A model generated the notes under the pieces. The model was not told the origin of the DNA and did not search any database. It saw only the letters and a program-made list of their open reading frames with translations. Both the position numbers and the translations under genes were made by a program. This document shows positions 30,786 through 40,628 of a stretch of DNA of 64,000 bases, one piece after another (position 1 is the stretch's first letter; the number at the start of each line of letters is the position of its first letter). The stretch covers positions 502,208 to 566,207 of the forward strand of contig CAVPHB010000006.1 of the NCBI GenBank assembly GCA_963704145.1. The letters run 5' to 3'. This stretch comes from an uncultured Chloroflexia bacterium (GTDB taxonomy: Bacteria; Chloroflexota; Limnocylindria; Limnocylindrales; CSP1-4).

Positions 30786-32138
30786 TTGACCCAGTCATCG
30801 CCAGGGGGTAGTCGAAGGCCAATCCCGCTCGCCCCACCGGGCACGGCGCGCCTGTCCGGCGGCGCTGATCGCCGCGTGACTGCGCTGGCGATCGGTCTCG
30901 CGGCCGGCTTCGTGGCGCTGGCCATTGCGGCGCTGCTCCTGCCCGCTGGAATGCGCCTCGGCAGCTGGCTGCCGCTGCACCTCCTGTTGGCCGGCGCGGC
31001 CTCGACGGCCATCGCCGGGGTGATGCCCTTCTTCAGTGCCGCCGTGGCCGGGGCGCCGCCTGCCGCGACGCTGGTCCGCCTGCTGGGTGTCGGCGGCATC
31101 ACCAGCGGCGCGCTGGTGATGGTCGGCGGCCGACTTCTATCGACCGCGCCGGGCGCCGCCGCCGGCCTGATCGCGGGGGTCGGTGGCCTGCTCTACATCG
31201 GCGGCGTGGCCGCGGTTGGTGCGGCGACACTGCTGCCGCTGCGCGTCGCGCTCGGCCCGCGGCGCATCGTGATGGGCGTCATCTACGGCACGGCGCTGCT
31301 CAACGTGGCGCTCGGCGCCGGCCTCTCGACGCTGTTCCTGCTGGGCTGGCTGCCCGTGGTCCGGGACTGGGCTGCGCTGAGGCCGGCCCATGCCTGGCTG
31401 AACGTGTTCGGCTTCGTATCGCTGGTCATCGCCGGCTCCCTGCTGCACCTCCTGCCGACGGTCGCCGGCGCTCGGATCAGCCGCACCCGCGCCTCCGTGA
31501 CCTGCTTCGTGGCGCTGGCCAGCGGGCCGCTCCTTGCCGCCCTGGGGTTTGCCATCGGCAGTCAAGCCGTGGTCGTCATCGGCGCCGGCGCGGTCGTGCT
31601 GGGCGGTCTCGCGCTGGTCGCGCACTCGTTCCACGTGATGCGCGCGCGGGCGGCCTGGACGACCGACCCGGGCTGGCACCTGTTCACAACGTGGTCGCTC
31701 GTATGTGGCGTGGGCTGGTTCGTGGTCGGCGCCGCCACTGCTGCGGCGGGCGCGGTCACCGCCGGCGCATCGGTATCTGGCTGGCAGCTGGCGCCCTTGC
31801 TGGCGCCGATCGGCATCGGCTGGGTGGCCCAGGTCCTGGTCGGTGCCTGGTCGCACCTGCTGCCGGCCGTCGGGCCCGGTTCGCCCGAGCGCCACGCCGC
31901 GCAGCGCCGGATCCTTGGCCGCGCCGCCGCGCTACGCCTGCTCGCGCTCAACATCGGCGTCGCGGCGATGACGCTCGGTGCGGGGCTGGGCATCGGCGAC
32001 CTGTTCGGCATCGGGCTGGCCGTGGTCGCGGCTGCCGGCGCAACCGCCGTCGCACTGCTCGTGGCGGCCCTGGCTACCCCCGATCCGCGCTCGACCAGAC
32101 GGACGACGGACGTGCCCGCTGGTACGCTGAATCGATGA
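30786..32138 (+). CDS. Polytopic integral membrane protein of unknown function, 450 aa, about 14 TM helices
   Basis: Intact ORF. An internal duplication is suggested by paired motifs AHAWLNVFGFVSLVIAGSLLHLLPTVAGA and VAQVLVGAWSHLLPAVGPGS. No recognisable catalytic signature. Confidence 0.6.
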   Translation: MTQSSPGGSRRPIPLAPPGTARLSGGADRRVTALAIGLAAGFVALAIAALLLPAGMRLGSWLPLHLLLAGAASTAIAGVMPFFSAAVAGAPPAATLVRLLGVGGITSGALVMVGGRLLSTAPGAAAGLIAGVGGLLYIGGVAAVGAATLLPLRVALGPRRIVMGVIYGTALLNVALGAGLSTLFLLGWLPVVRDWAALRPAHAWLNVFGFVSLVIAGSLLHLLPTVAGARISRTRASVTCFVALASGPLLAALGFAIGSQAVVVIGAGAVVLGGLALVAHSFHVMRARAAWTTDPGWHLFTTWSLVCGVGWFVVGAATAAAGAVTAGASVSGWQLAPLLAPIGIGWVAQVLVGAWSHLLPAVGPGSPERHAAQRRILGRAAALRLLALNIGVAAMTLGAGLGIGDLFGIGLAVVAAAGATAVALLVAALATPDPRSTRRTTDVPAGTLNR

Positions 32139-32748
32139 GCGAGCCGCGCAACGTAACGCCCGGCAAGGAGCCGCAGCAGGACCAGTTCCACCGCCGCTTC
32201 TACAGCGAGCGCAGCGAGGGTCCCGAGTGGGTCGGCTGGTCGTGGGCCAGCCGCGTCGCGGACTTCCCGTGGCTGGGCGTGCTGCTCGTACTGGTCGGCA
32301 TCGGCCTGCTCGTCCAGTACGTGTGCCCGAACATCGGCACCGGCACGCTGGTGCTGCTGGCCATCGTCGCTGGCCTTTCTCGCGGCTGGCTATTCGGGCG
32401 GTTCGTGGTTGCTCGATGGTGCCCGGGCTGCTGATCCTCGCGCTTGCCGTCGCGCGGCTGCGTCGACGAGCTGAACGTCTACACCGGACCGGGCACCACG
32501 CGTTGGCGCCGGACCAGCGCTTTCCTGCTCATCTGGCTGATCGAGTCTGCGCGTGGCCGGCGCGCAACTGGCCGCTCTGGGGGCTGGCGATATTCGGCCT
32601 GATCGGCCTGGTGCAGGTTTCGGGCCGCATCTATGTCATGCCCGAGCTGGGCGCGCTGTGGCCGGTGCTGATCATCGTCCTCGGCGTGTTGCTGCTGTTG
32701 AGCAACGCGCCACCGCATGGGACGCTGACGGGCCCTACTTGGTGTAGA
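32135..32748 (+). pseudogene. Small integral membrane protein of unknown function, probably frameshifted; 3' end uncertain
   Basis: MSEPRNVTPGKEPQQDQFHRRFYSERSEGPEWVGWSWASRVADFPWLGVLLVLVGIGLLV (32135-32434) continues in another frame as ...WPLWGLAIFGLIGLVQVSGRIYVMPELGALWPVLIIVLGVLLLLS. The ATG overlaps the upstream stop (ATGA). Confidence 0.4.
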
Positions 32749-33424
32749 CCCCGCCGGGTCGAGCTCCTCGCGAATCAGGCGCAGCTCGTCGCCGTGGGCG
32801 GGGCGGTTTCGCTGAGCGAGTCGGCGACGCGCGGCTGCCAGCCCATCGCCGCCTGGACCTGCTCGAGCGTCACACCCGGGTGGAGCGCGTCGAGGCGCAG
32901 CTCGTCGTCGACAAGTGGTAGACGCCCAGGTCGGTGACGACGACCTTCACGCGCGTGCCGACCGAGGTCCGGAAGTCGAGCCGCTCGACGAATGAGCGGG
33001 GCGACTGGCGCATGATCACGAAGATCGATTTGGCATTCAGCGCGATCTCGCACGCCCCGCCCGAGCCGGGCAGTCGCGTCTTCGGGCGTCGCGTAGTCGC
33101 CGATGACGGTGCGTGTTGAGGTTGGCCGAGGCGGTCGATCTGCGCCGCGCCCAGGAAGCCGACGTCGATCAGCCCGCCCTGCAGGTAGAAGCCGAACAGC
33201 TCGAACATGCTCGTCACCGCGGTCGAGTGGGTGACGATGGTCGGGTCGCCGATCGACAGCGGCAGGCGTGCCGGCTGGGCGCCGAAGACACCGGCCTCGT
33301 AGACCAGCTCGAGCTCGGGCGCCACGGTGCGCTTGGCCAGGTTGACCGCGATGTTGGGCAGGCCGACGCCGACGAAGCAGACGCGCTGGCCGGCCAGCTC
33401 GCGCGCCGCCGCGACGATCATCAT
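32746..33424 (-). pseudogene. Family-I CoA-transferase subunit B (3-oxoacid/glutaconate CoA-transferase beta-type), frameshifted near the C-terminus
   Basis: MMIVAAARELAGQRVCFVGVGLPNIAVNLAKRTVAPELELVYEAGVFGAQP...SMFELFGFYLQGGLIDVGFLGAAQIDRLG. Confidence 0.7.
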
Positions 33425-33462
33425 CTCCGACGCGCGAGAACCCCTGGTCGCTCACCGGTACT

Positions 33463-34386
33463 CCCCGTAGTCGACCGAGCCCGATGGCGCCGGCGTGGGA
33501 CGCAGGCCGAGCAGCCGCTGCGTGCCCATTATGTCGACGTACTCGGCCCGGTCGGCCACGCCGAACACCCATTCGTCGAGCCAGTGGCCGGAGCGATGCC
33601 TCGTCGCGCGAGATGGCCTCCCAGTCGAGGTAGAAGGCGTTGTCGCGGTCGTAGTAGCCCTGGGCGTAGGACGGGTGCGCGCCGAACGGCTCGACCACCA
33701 CCGCGTCGACGATCAGCCCGGGCAGGATCGTTCGGTTCGGGTCGGCGCGGATGACGGCCTCGTCGACCAGCTCCTCGACGACGACGATCACGCGTGACGC
33801 GGCGAAAGCGGCTTCCTTCTGGCAGCCCAGCAGCCCCCACACCTGGGTGTCGCCGGCGCGTCGGCGCGCTGGGCGTGAACGATCGTCACGTCGGGCCGCA
33901 GCGGCGGGACGGCGTACAGCTGTCTCGTCGCCGTAGGGCGATTCGATCGGGCGGATGAGCGGGTTCACCCGCGGCAGGTCGGTGTCGGTGTACGAGCGGA
34001 GCGGGAAGAAGGGCAGGTTCATTGCCCCGGCGGTGTAGCGCGCAACCATCCCGAAATGGCTGTACTCCTCGAGCTCGAGGCGTGGCGCCGGGCCCTCCGT
34101 CCAGCGCCGCACGCCGTGCAGGCTGCCCACACCGGGGTTGCCCAGCCACGAGAAGACGAGCTTGCGCGCCACGCCGGCGGCGATCATCTGGTCGTAGACG
34201 AGATCGGGCGTCAGCCGGCACAGGGTCAGGTCGCGCCGGCGCTGGCGGATGATCTCGTGGCCGGCGGCGAACAGATCAGGTGCGTGAAGCCCTCGATCGC
34301 GACGCTGTCGCCGTCGCGGACCAGCTCGGCGATCGCGTCGCGCATCGACACGACCTTGGCCGCGCCGCTCACCGGGCCATGGTCAT
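33463..34386 (-). pseudogene. Family-I CoA-transferase subunit A, 2-3 frameshifts
   Basis: N-terminus VSMRDAIAELVRDGDSVAIEGFTHLI (after MTMA). ...KLVFSWLGNPGVGSLHGVRRWTEG...EEYSHFGMVARYTAGAMNLPFFPLRSYTDTDLPRVNPLIRPIESPYGDE...QVWGLLGCQKEAAFAASRVIVVVEELV. EYR* lies 38 bp upstream of the B subunit. Confidence 0.7.
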
Positions 34387-34436
34387 TGCTGCGCGCGCCA
34401 ACGGTTCAGCGGGCCGGTCCAGCCGATCAGTCGGCC

Positions 34437-35810
34437 CTAGCCGGCCGCGTGGACGTCGACGTCGTTGATCCCGCCCCACCTGAGGGCCTCCTGGTAGGCA
34501 CGCGCTGGATCTGCCGCCACGTCCGCGACTGCTTCGCTGAAGAGCTTGACGGCCGTCGTGACCTCTTCCTCGGTCACGACCAGCGGCGGCGACATGCGCA
34601 CGAGGTCGTCACCGGCCTCGAGCACCAGCAGGCCGCGCTCGAAGCACGCCCACTGGACGGCCTCGGCGGTGTTGCCCGAGTCGAACTGGATGCCGATCAT
34701 CAGCCCCTTGCCGCGCACGTCGCGCACGATGCCGCCCTGCTCGGCGAGCAGCGGCCGCAGGCCGGTCATTGCCTGCTGGCCGCGCGCGGCGGCGTTGTCG
34801 ATCAGCCCTTCCCCGAGCAGCGCGATCGTTTCGAGGGCTGCGGCGCAGCTGACGGCATTGCCGCCGAAGGTCGAGCCATGGTGGCCCTTGCTCCAGCTCA
34901 TCAGGTCCGCGCGGGCGATCATCGCGCCGAGCGGCATGCCCGAGGCGATGCCCTTGGCCACGCAGGCGATGTCGGGCTGGACGCCCCAGTGGTCGATCGC
35001 CCACATCTTGCCCGTCCGGCCGGCACCCGACTGGACCTCGTCGGCGACGAGCAGGATGCCGTGCTCGTCACACATCCGGCGCAGGCGGGGCAGGAAGTCG
35101 TTGTCGGGCACGATGTAGCCACCCTCGCCCTGGATCGGCTCGACGAAGACGGCCGCGATCTCGTTGGCCGGGATGATGCGCTTGAAGACGCGCTGCTCGA
35201 GCTCGTCCAGGCCGGCACTGCCGAAGGGCACGTGGATGACGCCGGGCAGCATCGGCCCGAAGCCGGCGTGGTACTTCGACTTGGAGGCGGTCAGCGAGAC
35301 CGAGCCGTAGGTGCGGCCGTGGAAGGCGCCCAGGAAGGCCACTACGTACTGCCGGCGGCTGACGAAGCGGGCCAGCTTGAGCGCCGCCTCGATCGCCTCG
35401 GTGCCCGAGTTGCCGATGAAGCTGCGCGTCGGGCCGGCGATCGGCGCGATCTCGTCCAGCTTGGCGGCCAGCTCGGCGTAGATGGGCAGGTAGAAGTCGG
35501 ACGCGCTGAAATGGACCAGGTCGCGCGCCTGGCGCTCGATCGCGGCGGTGATGCGGGGATGGCCGTAGCCGGTCGCCGAGACGGCGATGCCGGCGGTGAA
35601 GTCGAGGAACAGGTTGCCGTCGATGTCCTCGACGGTCGAGCCGCTGCCGCGCACGGGCACGAGCGGATAGGCGCGCGGCAGGCTGGGCGAGGTGAACTCG
35701 TGATCGAACGCCACATGCTGCCGCGCGCGCGGGCCGGGCAGGGGCGTGCGCACGTCGGGCACGCTGCGGACGGCGGGTCGCTCAGCAAGGTCGGTCACGT
35801 CACTCCCCAC
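34437..35810 (-). CDS. Class-III pyridoxal-phosphate aminotransferase (GabT / ornithine aminotransferase-like), 457 aa
   Basis: Intact. DIDGNLFLDFTAGIAVSATGYGHP...FIGNSGTEAIEAALKLAR...LLVADEVQSGAGRTGKMWA...GKGLMIGIQF. Confidence 0.85.
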   Translation of the reverse strand: MGSDVTDLAERPAVRSVPDVRTPLPGPRARQHVAFDHEFTSPSLPRAYPLVPVRGSGSTVEDIDGNLFLDFTAGIAVSATGYGHPRITAAIERQARDLVHFSASDFYLPIYAELAAKLDEIAPIAGPTRSFIGNSGTEAIEAALKLARFVSRRQYVVAFLGAFHGRTYGSVSLTASKSKYHAGFGPMLPGVIHVPFGSAGLDELEQRVFKRIIPANEIAAVFVEPIQGEGGYIVPDNDFLPRLRRMCDEHGILLVADEVQSGAGRTGKMWAIDHWGVQPDIACVAKGIASGMPLGAMIARADLMSWSKGHHGSTFGGNAVSCAAALETIALLGEGLIDNAAARGQQAMTGLRPLLAEQGGIVRDVRGKGLMIGIQFDSGNTAEAVQWACFERGLLVLEAGDDLVRMSPPLVVTEEEVTTAVKLFSEAVADVAADPARAYQEALRWGGINDVDVHAAG

Positions 35811-35869
35811 TCAAGATGCATAGAACTGATGCAACTTGCATCAAACGGGGCCAGTGTACCAAGCGTGCC

Positions 35870-37053
35870 TCAGTACTCGGTCAGCGCCCCCAGGATGCGC
35901 GGGATCTCAGCACCGGTGGCCGGGCGCGGGAAGCCGCGCTGGATGACGATTGGGATCCAGCGCAACGACTCGACCCCGTTGGCCGACAACGTCACGTCGA
36001 GGATGGCCGTGTCGTTCGGCCGGCCGGTGAAGTAGTCGAACACGAAGTTGCCGATGCTGTAGGCGACGAGAGTCGCCGAGCCGCGCTGGTAACCGTGCAG
36101 GACGTGCGGGTGATGGCCGATGACCAGCGCGGCGCCGGCGTCGATCGCGGCCCGCGCGAAGTTGCGCTGAGCCTTGCTCGGACGGCGCGAGTACTCGATC
36201 CCGCCGTGGACCATGACCAGCACGACATCGGCCGAGGCACGAGCGAGCGCAACTTCGCGCGCCACCACCTCGGGCGAGCCGAGCGCCAGGCCCGGCCGCT
36301 CAGCGGTGGCCGCCCACTGGCGCGTGTTGAAGGCCGGGCGACCCGAGAACGGCAGCACGTAGCCCAGAAACGCGATGCTCAGCCCGTTCTGCTCAACGAT
36401 CAGCGGCGCGTGCGCAGCCGCCGCGTCGCGACCGCCGCCGGCATGGCCGATGCCGCGTTGGTCGAGCAGGTCGAGCGTGTCCTCGAAAGCGGGGATGCCG
36501 TAGTCGAGCGCGTGGTTGTTGGCCAGCGAGACGACGTCGATGCCCGCCGCGACGAGCGAGTCGGCGGCCGCCAACGGTGCCCGGAAGGTGAACGTCTTGG
36601 GCCACGGCGTGCCGCGCGTGGAGATGGTGCACTCGAGATTGGCAACCACCAGGTCGGCCTGCTCGAAGTACTGAACGACTCGGCGCCACGGGGCGAGCGG
36701 TCCGCGCCTGACGATCCGCCGCCCGATGCTCTGGGCGAGCATCACGTCGCCCACGCCCATCAGCCGCACCTGGCCCGCGCGGAGACGGTCGGTGGCGTGT
36801 CGGCCGGTGGCGACGGGGCTGGCTTGGGTGTGGGCGCCGGGTCCGGTCCGGGTGTCGGGCTCGGGCTGGCGGTCAGGCTCGATCCGGGCGTCGGGCTCGG
36901 ATCCGGGCGTCGGACTCGGGCTGTCGCCGGGACGACGGCTGAGGGACCGGATGCGTGACCGCCGGTGCGGGGTGCTCGCGAGGCAGCCGGTGTGAGTGCC
37001 GCGACGAGGGCAGCGACGAGCGTCAGCCGCAGGCAGCCCCCGCCAACGTCCAC
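35870..37053 (-). pseudogene. capA: CapA/PgsA-family metallophosphatase. The catalytic domain 35870-36769 is intact. A probable signal peptide plus Pro/Thr/Ser-rich linker (36760-37053) sits in a different frame.
   Basis: VGDVMLAQSIGRRI...VVANLECTIS...VVSLANNHALDYG...VMVHGGIEYSRRP...IGHHPHVLHG. Upstream fragment is MDVGGGCLRLTLVAALVAALTPAASRA...PSPTPGPDPAPTPKPAPSPP. Confidence 0.6.
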
Positions 37054-37096
37054 GGTCCCCTCCGCTCCGCTTGCGGCGCGTCGCTGCGCCGTCGGT

Positions 37097-38696
37097 CTAG
37101 TTGACGCTCAGTCGACGACCGTCTGTGACTGCTCGCGCATGAACTGCTGGACGTAGTACAGGCCGCCGCCGGCCTTGCCGGTCGAGCCCGACGCCCTTCC
37201 AGCCACCGAAGGGCTGGATGCCCGGCCACGCGCCGGTGGTCGCGCCGGCGCGCCGGTTGACGTAGACCACGCCGGCCTCGATCCGATCCAGGAACTGCTG
37301 CGACCTCGGCCGGTCCTCGCTGAAGAAGCCGGCGGTCAGGCCGTAGATGGATTGTGTTGGCCAAGCGTCAGCGCTGCGTCGATCGAGTCGACCGGCGCGA
37401 CGGCGATGAAGCGGCACGAACAGCTCGTCGCGCAACAGGCGATGGTCGGTCGGCAGGCCGGTCACGACCGTTGGGCGCGACGTACCAGCCGCGCGCCAGG
37501 TCGCCATCGACCAGGCGCTCCCCGCCGGTCGCGATGGCGCCGTCGCGGCGGGCCTCGTCAGAGGCAGCCTCGTAGCGCGCCACGGCGCGCTGGTTGATGA
37601 TCGGTCCCAGCCACGCCTCACGGCGGAGCGGGTCACCGATGGTGATCCGCTCGGTCTTCTCGACCAGCAGCCTGACGAACTCGTCGTGCACCGGGCGCTC
37701 GACGTAGACGCGGCTGTTGGCCGAGCACTTCTGGCCACCGAAGCCGAATGCGGCGCGCATGACCCCCTCGGCCGCTTCCTCGAGGTCCGCCTTGCGGCTG
37801 ACGATCGACGGGTTCTTGCCGCCCATCTCGACGATGACCGGCTTGGGGAAATGGCGCGCGAACGACTTGTACAGATCGAAGCCGACCTCGAATGAGCCGG
37901 TGAAGACGATGCCGTCGATGCCCGGGTTCTCCTGCAGCTCGGCGCCGACCGTCTCGCCCGGCCCCGCCACGTAGTGGAAGATGCCGTCCGGCAGGCCGGC
38001 ATCACGCAGGCACTCGTACAGCTTCATGGCCAGCAGGGGCGCATCGCTGCTCGGCTTGAGGATGACCGTGTTGCCCGCCACCAGCGCACCGCCGGCCGGC
38101 CCGCCCGATAGCGCCATGGGGAAGTTGAAGGGGCTGATGACGGCGAAGACGCCGTGCGGCTTGAGCACCGAGCGGGTGTGCACCGTGTCGTCGCCCAGGT
38201 TGCCCATCGGCGCGTCGAAGCCGTCGTGCGCATCCATCATGTCGCAGTAGTAGCGGATCAGATCGGCCGTCTCCTCGACATCGCCGAGCGCCTCGAGACG
38301 GTTCTTGCCCACCTCCTGGCACATCAGCGCGGCGTACTCCATCTGCCGCTCGCTGATCAGGTCCGCGGCGCGGCGCATGATCGCCACGCGTTCGCGCCAC
38401 GGCGTCGCCGCCCAGCCCGGTGCCGCCGCGCGTGCGGCCGCGACCGCGTCCTTGACGTCCTGCCGCGTGCCCCGGGCGAACCAGCCCAGGACGCGCTCGT
38501 TGTCGATCGGCGAGCGATCCTCGAACTCGCCGTCGCCGTGGCGCGCCTGACCGTTGACGTAGTTGGCGTGGTGGGCACCGAGCTGGCCCTGGGCACGCTC
38601 CATGCCGCGCTCGAACTGCTCGTGCAGCTCCTCGTTGTCGGCGCGCAGCGTCGCGTAGGTGATCTTCAGTCGCGGCCGCGCGACGGTGTCAGTCAT
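37097..38696 (-). pseudogene. rocA: Aldehyde dehydrogenase of the L-glutamate gamma-semialdehyde (delta-1-pyrroline-5-carboxylate) dehydrogenase type. One frameshift lies near the C-terminus.
   Basis: KITYATL...ANYVNGQ...VISPFNFP...VEMGGKNPSIV...GFGGQKCSANSR. Tail ...QPFGGWKGSGSTGKAGGGLYYVQQFMREQSQTVVD* is in frame 37097-38005. RBS GGAAGGAG precedes the start. Confidence 0.7.
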
Positions 38697-38753
38697 CCGA
38701 CCCGTACTCCTTCCGCAAGGCGTCCCTGTTGCCCCGGATTCTACGCCGTCGGA

Positions 38754-39096
38754 TCAGCTCGCCTGAACGTCGCGGAAGCAGTCCGAGCAGTAGACCGGCT
38801 TGTCCTGGCGCGGCTTGAACGGCACCTGTGCCGCGTTGCCGCACTTGGAGCAGATCACCGCAAAGTACTCGCGCTGCGGCCGGTAGTCGCCCCGCTCGTA
38901 GCCACGCGGTCCGCCGATCTCGCGCACGTCGAAGCCGCTCGTATCGCGTGTCGCGCGGCGCGTTGCGCGACAGCTCGGACAGCGCTTGGGATCAGACGCG
39001 AAGCTGCTTTTCGGCGTAGAACTCCTGGTCGGCGGCAGAGTGAATGAACTCGACGCCGCAGTCGGCGCAGGTGAGGGTTCGATCTGTGTAGGACAC
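38754..39096 (-). pseudogene. Small double zinc-ribbon protein (two CxxC-x(16-20)-CxxC units), one frameshift
   Basis: GTG start 39096 after GGAGG. VSYTDRTLTCADCGVEFIHSAADQEFYAEK then a frame change to ...DPKRCPSCRATR...REYFAVICSKCGNAAQVPFKPRQDKPVYCSDCF. Confidence 0.5.
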
Positions 39097-39420
39097 CGGC
39101 CTGGGCCTCCGCTGGTCAGCTGAACTCGATATTCCGGTCCGGGGCGGCCAGCGGGAAGCGACATGAGCGGAGCCGTGGCGTGGCGTCTGAACTTGGAAGG
39201 CGGGCGCCGCGCGACCCAGGTGCTCTGCCGAGGTCCCTGAACTGGGGCGCACCGGTAACTGGCGCAAGACTAGCACCGAGTCCGACCGGCCAGCAAGGCA
39301 ACCCCCGGCCCCGGCCGGACCTAGCCATTCCTTCCTATGTCGGCGCGGAACCCGTGGATGTCAGAATGAGTGGTGCGCCGCGGCCACCACCTTCTAAGAG
39401 GGATACTTCGCTCGATGCCT

Positions 39421-40627
39421 CGCCTCCTGCAGATGGCCGACGTGCACCTCGGTGCGCGCCACCACGACCTCGGGCCGACCGCCGCCGCCCAGCGCGAGCG
39501 GCAGTTCGCCGCCTTCCAGCGGGCGATCGAGCTGGCCATTGCCGAGAAGGTCGACCTGGTGCTCGTCTGCGGCGACCTGTTCGATTCGAACAGCCAGCCG
39601 CGCCGATCGGTCGAGCGGGCCGCGGCCGAGCTGGGCAAGGCTCGTCAACGCGCCACATCCCGGTGGTGATCATTCCCGGCACCCACGACTGCTACGACGC
39701 CGGCTCGATCTACCGCGTCTTCGACCTGGCCGAGATGGCCGGTGCGCCGCCGGGCAGCAATCTGGTGACGGTGCTCACCGATGAGCTCACGCAGGTCGAC
39801 TTCGCCCACCTCAGACTGACCGTCCGGGCGCGCGTTTTCCCGACCAAGCGCGCCCCGGAGAGCCCGCTGGCCGGGCTCGTACGCGACACCGGGCAGGCGC
39901 GACGGCGGGCGACGAGGGCGGCGGCAAGGGCCGCCCGGGCAATTGGCAGATCGGCATGGTCCACGGCTCGCTGGCCGTGCCGGGCAAAGTCGAGCAGGAC
40001 GACGTCATCTTCACCGAGCAGGAGATCGCCGACAGCGGCCTCGACTACCTTGCCCTCGGTCACTGGCACTCGTTCCGCGAGGGCCGCGCCAACGACACCA
40101 CCTGGGCGTATTCGGGGGCGCCCGAGATGGTCGCGCTCGACCAGGACGGTGCCGGCCAGGTGCTGCTGGTCAGCCTCGACGAGCGCGGCGGGAAGCGACA
40201 CGTCTCGGTCGAGCCTCGCCAGGTGGGCAAGACCCAGTTCCGCAAGCTCGAGATCGACGCCGGGACCCTCGCTTCGCAGGCCGACCTCGAGCGCCGGCTG
40301 CAGGAGCAGGCCGATCCCGACCGCGTGCTCGACGTCCGCCTCGTCGGCGTGCGGCCCGATCAGCTCGACCTGAACATCGAAGAGCTGGAGGGGCAGCTGC
40401 AGGGCGCGTTCCTGCGCCTGCGTTTGCGCGACGGGTCGGTCGCGCCACTGCCCGACGGCCCGCCCGCCCCAGCCGACACGATCCTTGGCTCGTTGACGCG
40501 TGACTTTCAGGCCCGCATCGACGAGCACGAGGCGCGCGGCGACATGGAGCGCGCCGCTGAGCTGCGCGAGGCACTGCGCTATGGCATGCTCCTGCTCGAC
40601 GACGCGCAACGCGTGACGCTGGCCTGA
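39421..40627 (+). pseudogene. SbcD/Mre11-like calcineurin-type DNA-repair exonuclease (YhaO-like), about 3 frameshifts
   Basis: MPRLLQMADVHLGARHHDLG...VDLVLVCGDLFDS...VVIIPGTHDCYDAGSIY...DYLALGHWHSFRE...RLRLRDGS. The segments are split across 39370-39669, 39180-40373 and 39956-40627. Confidence 0.65.
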
Positions 40628-40628
40628 A

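Noticed and set aside
34056-36035. 659-aa ORF on the plus strand
   Set aside because: It is antisense to the intact aminotransferase and CapA genes. Low-complexity Arg/Ala/Gly-rich translation, GC artefact.
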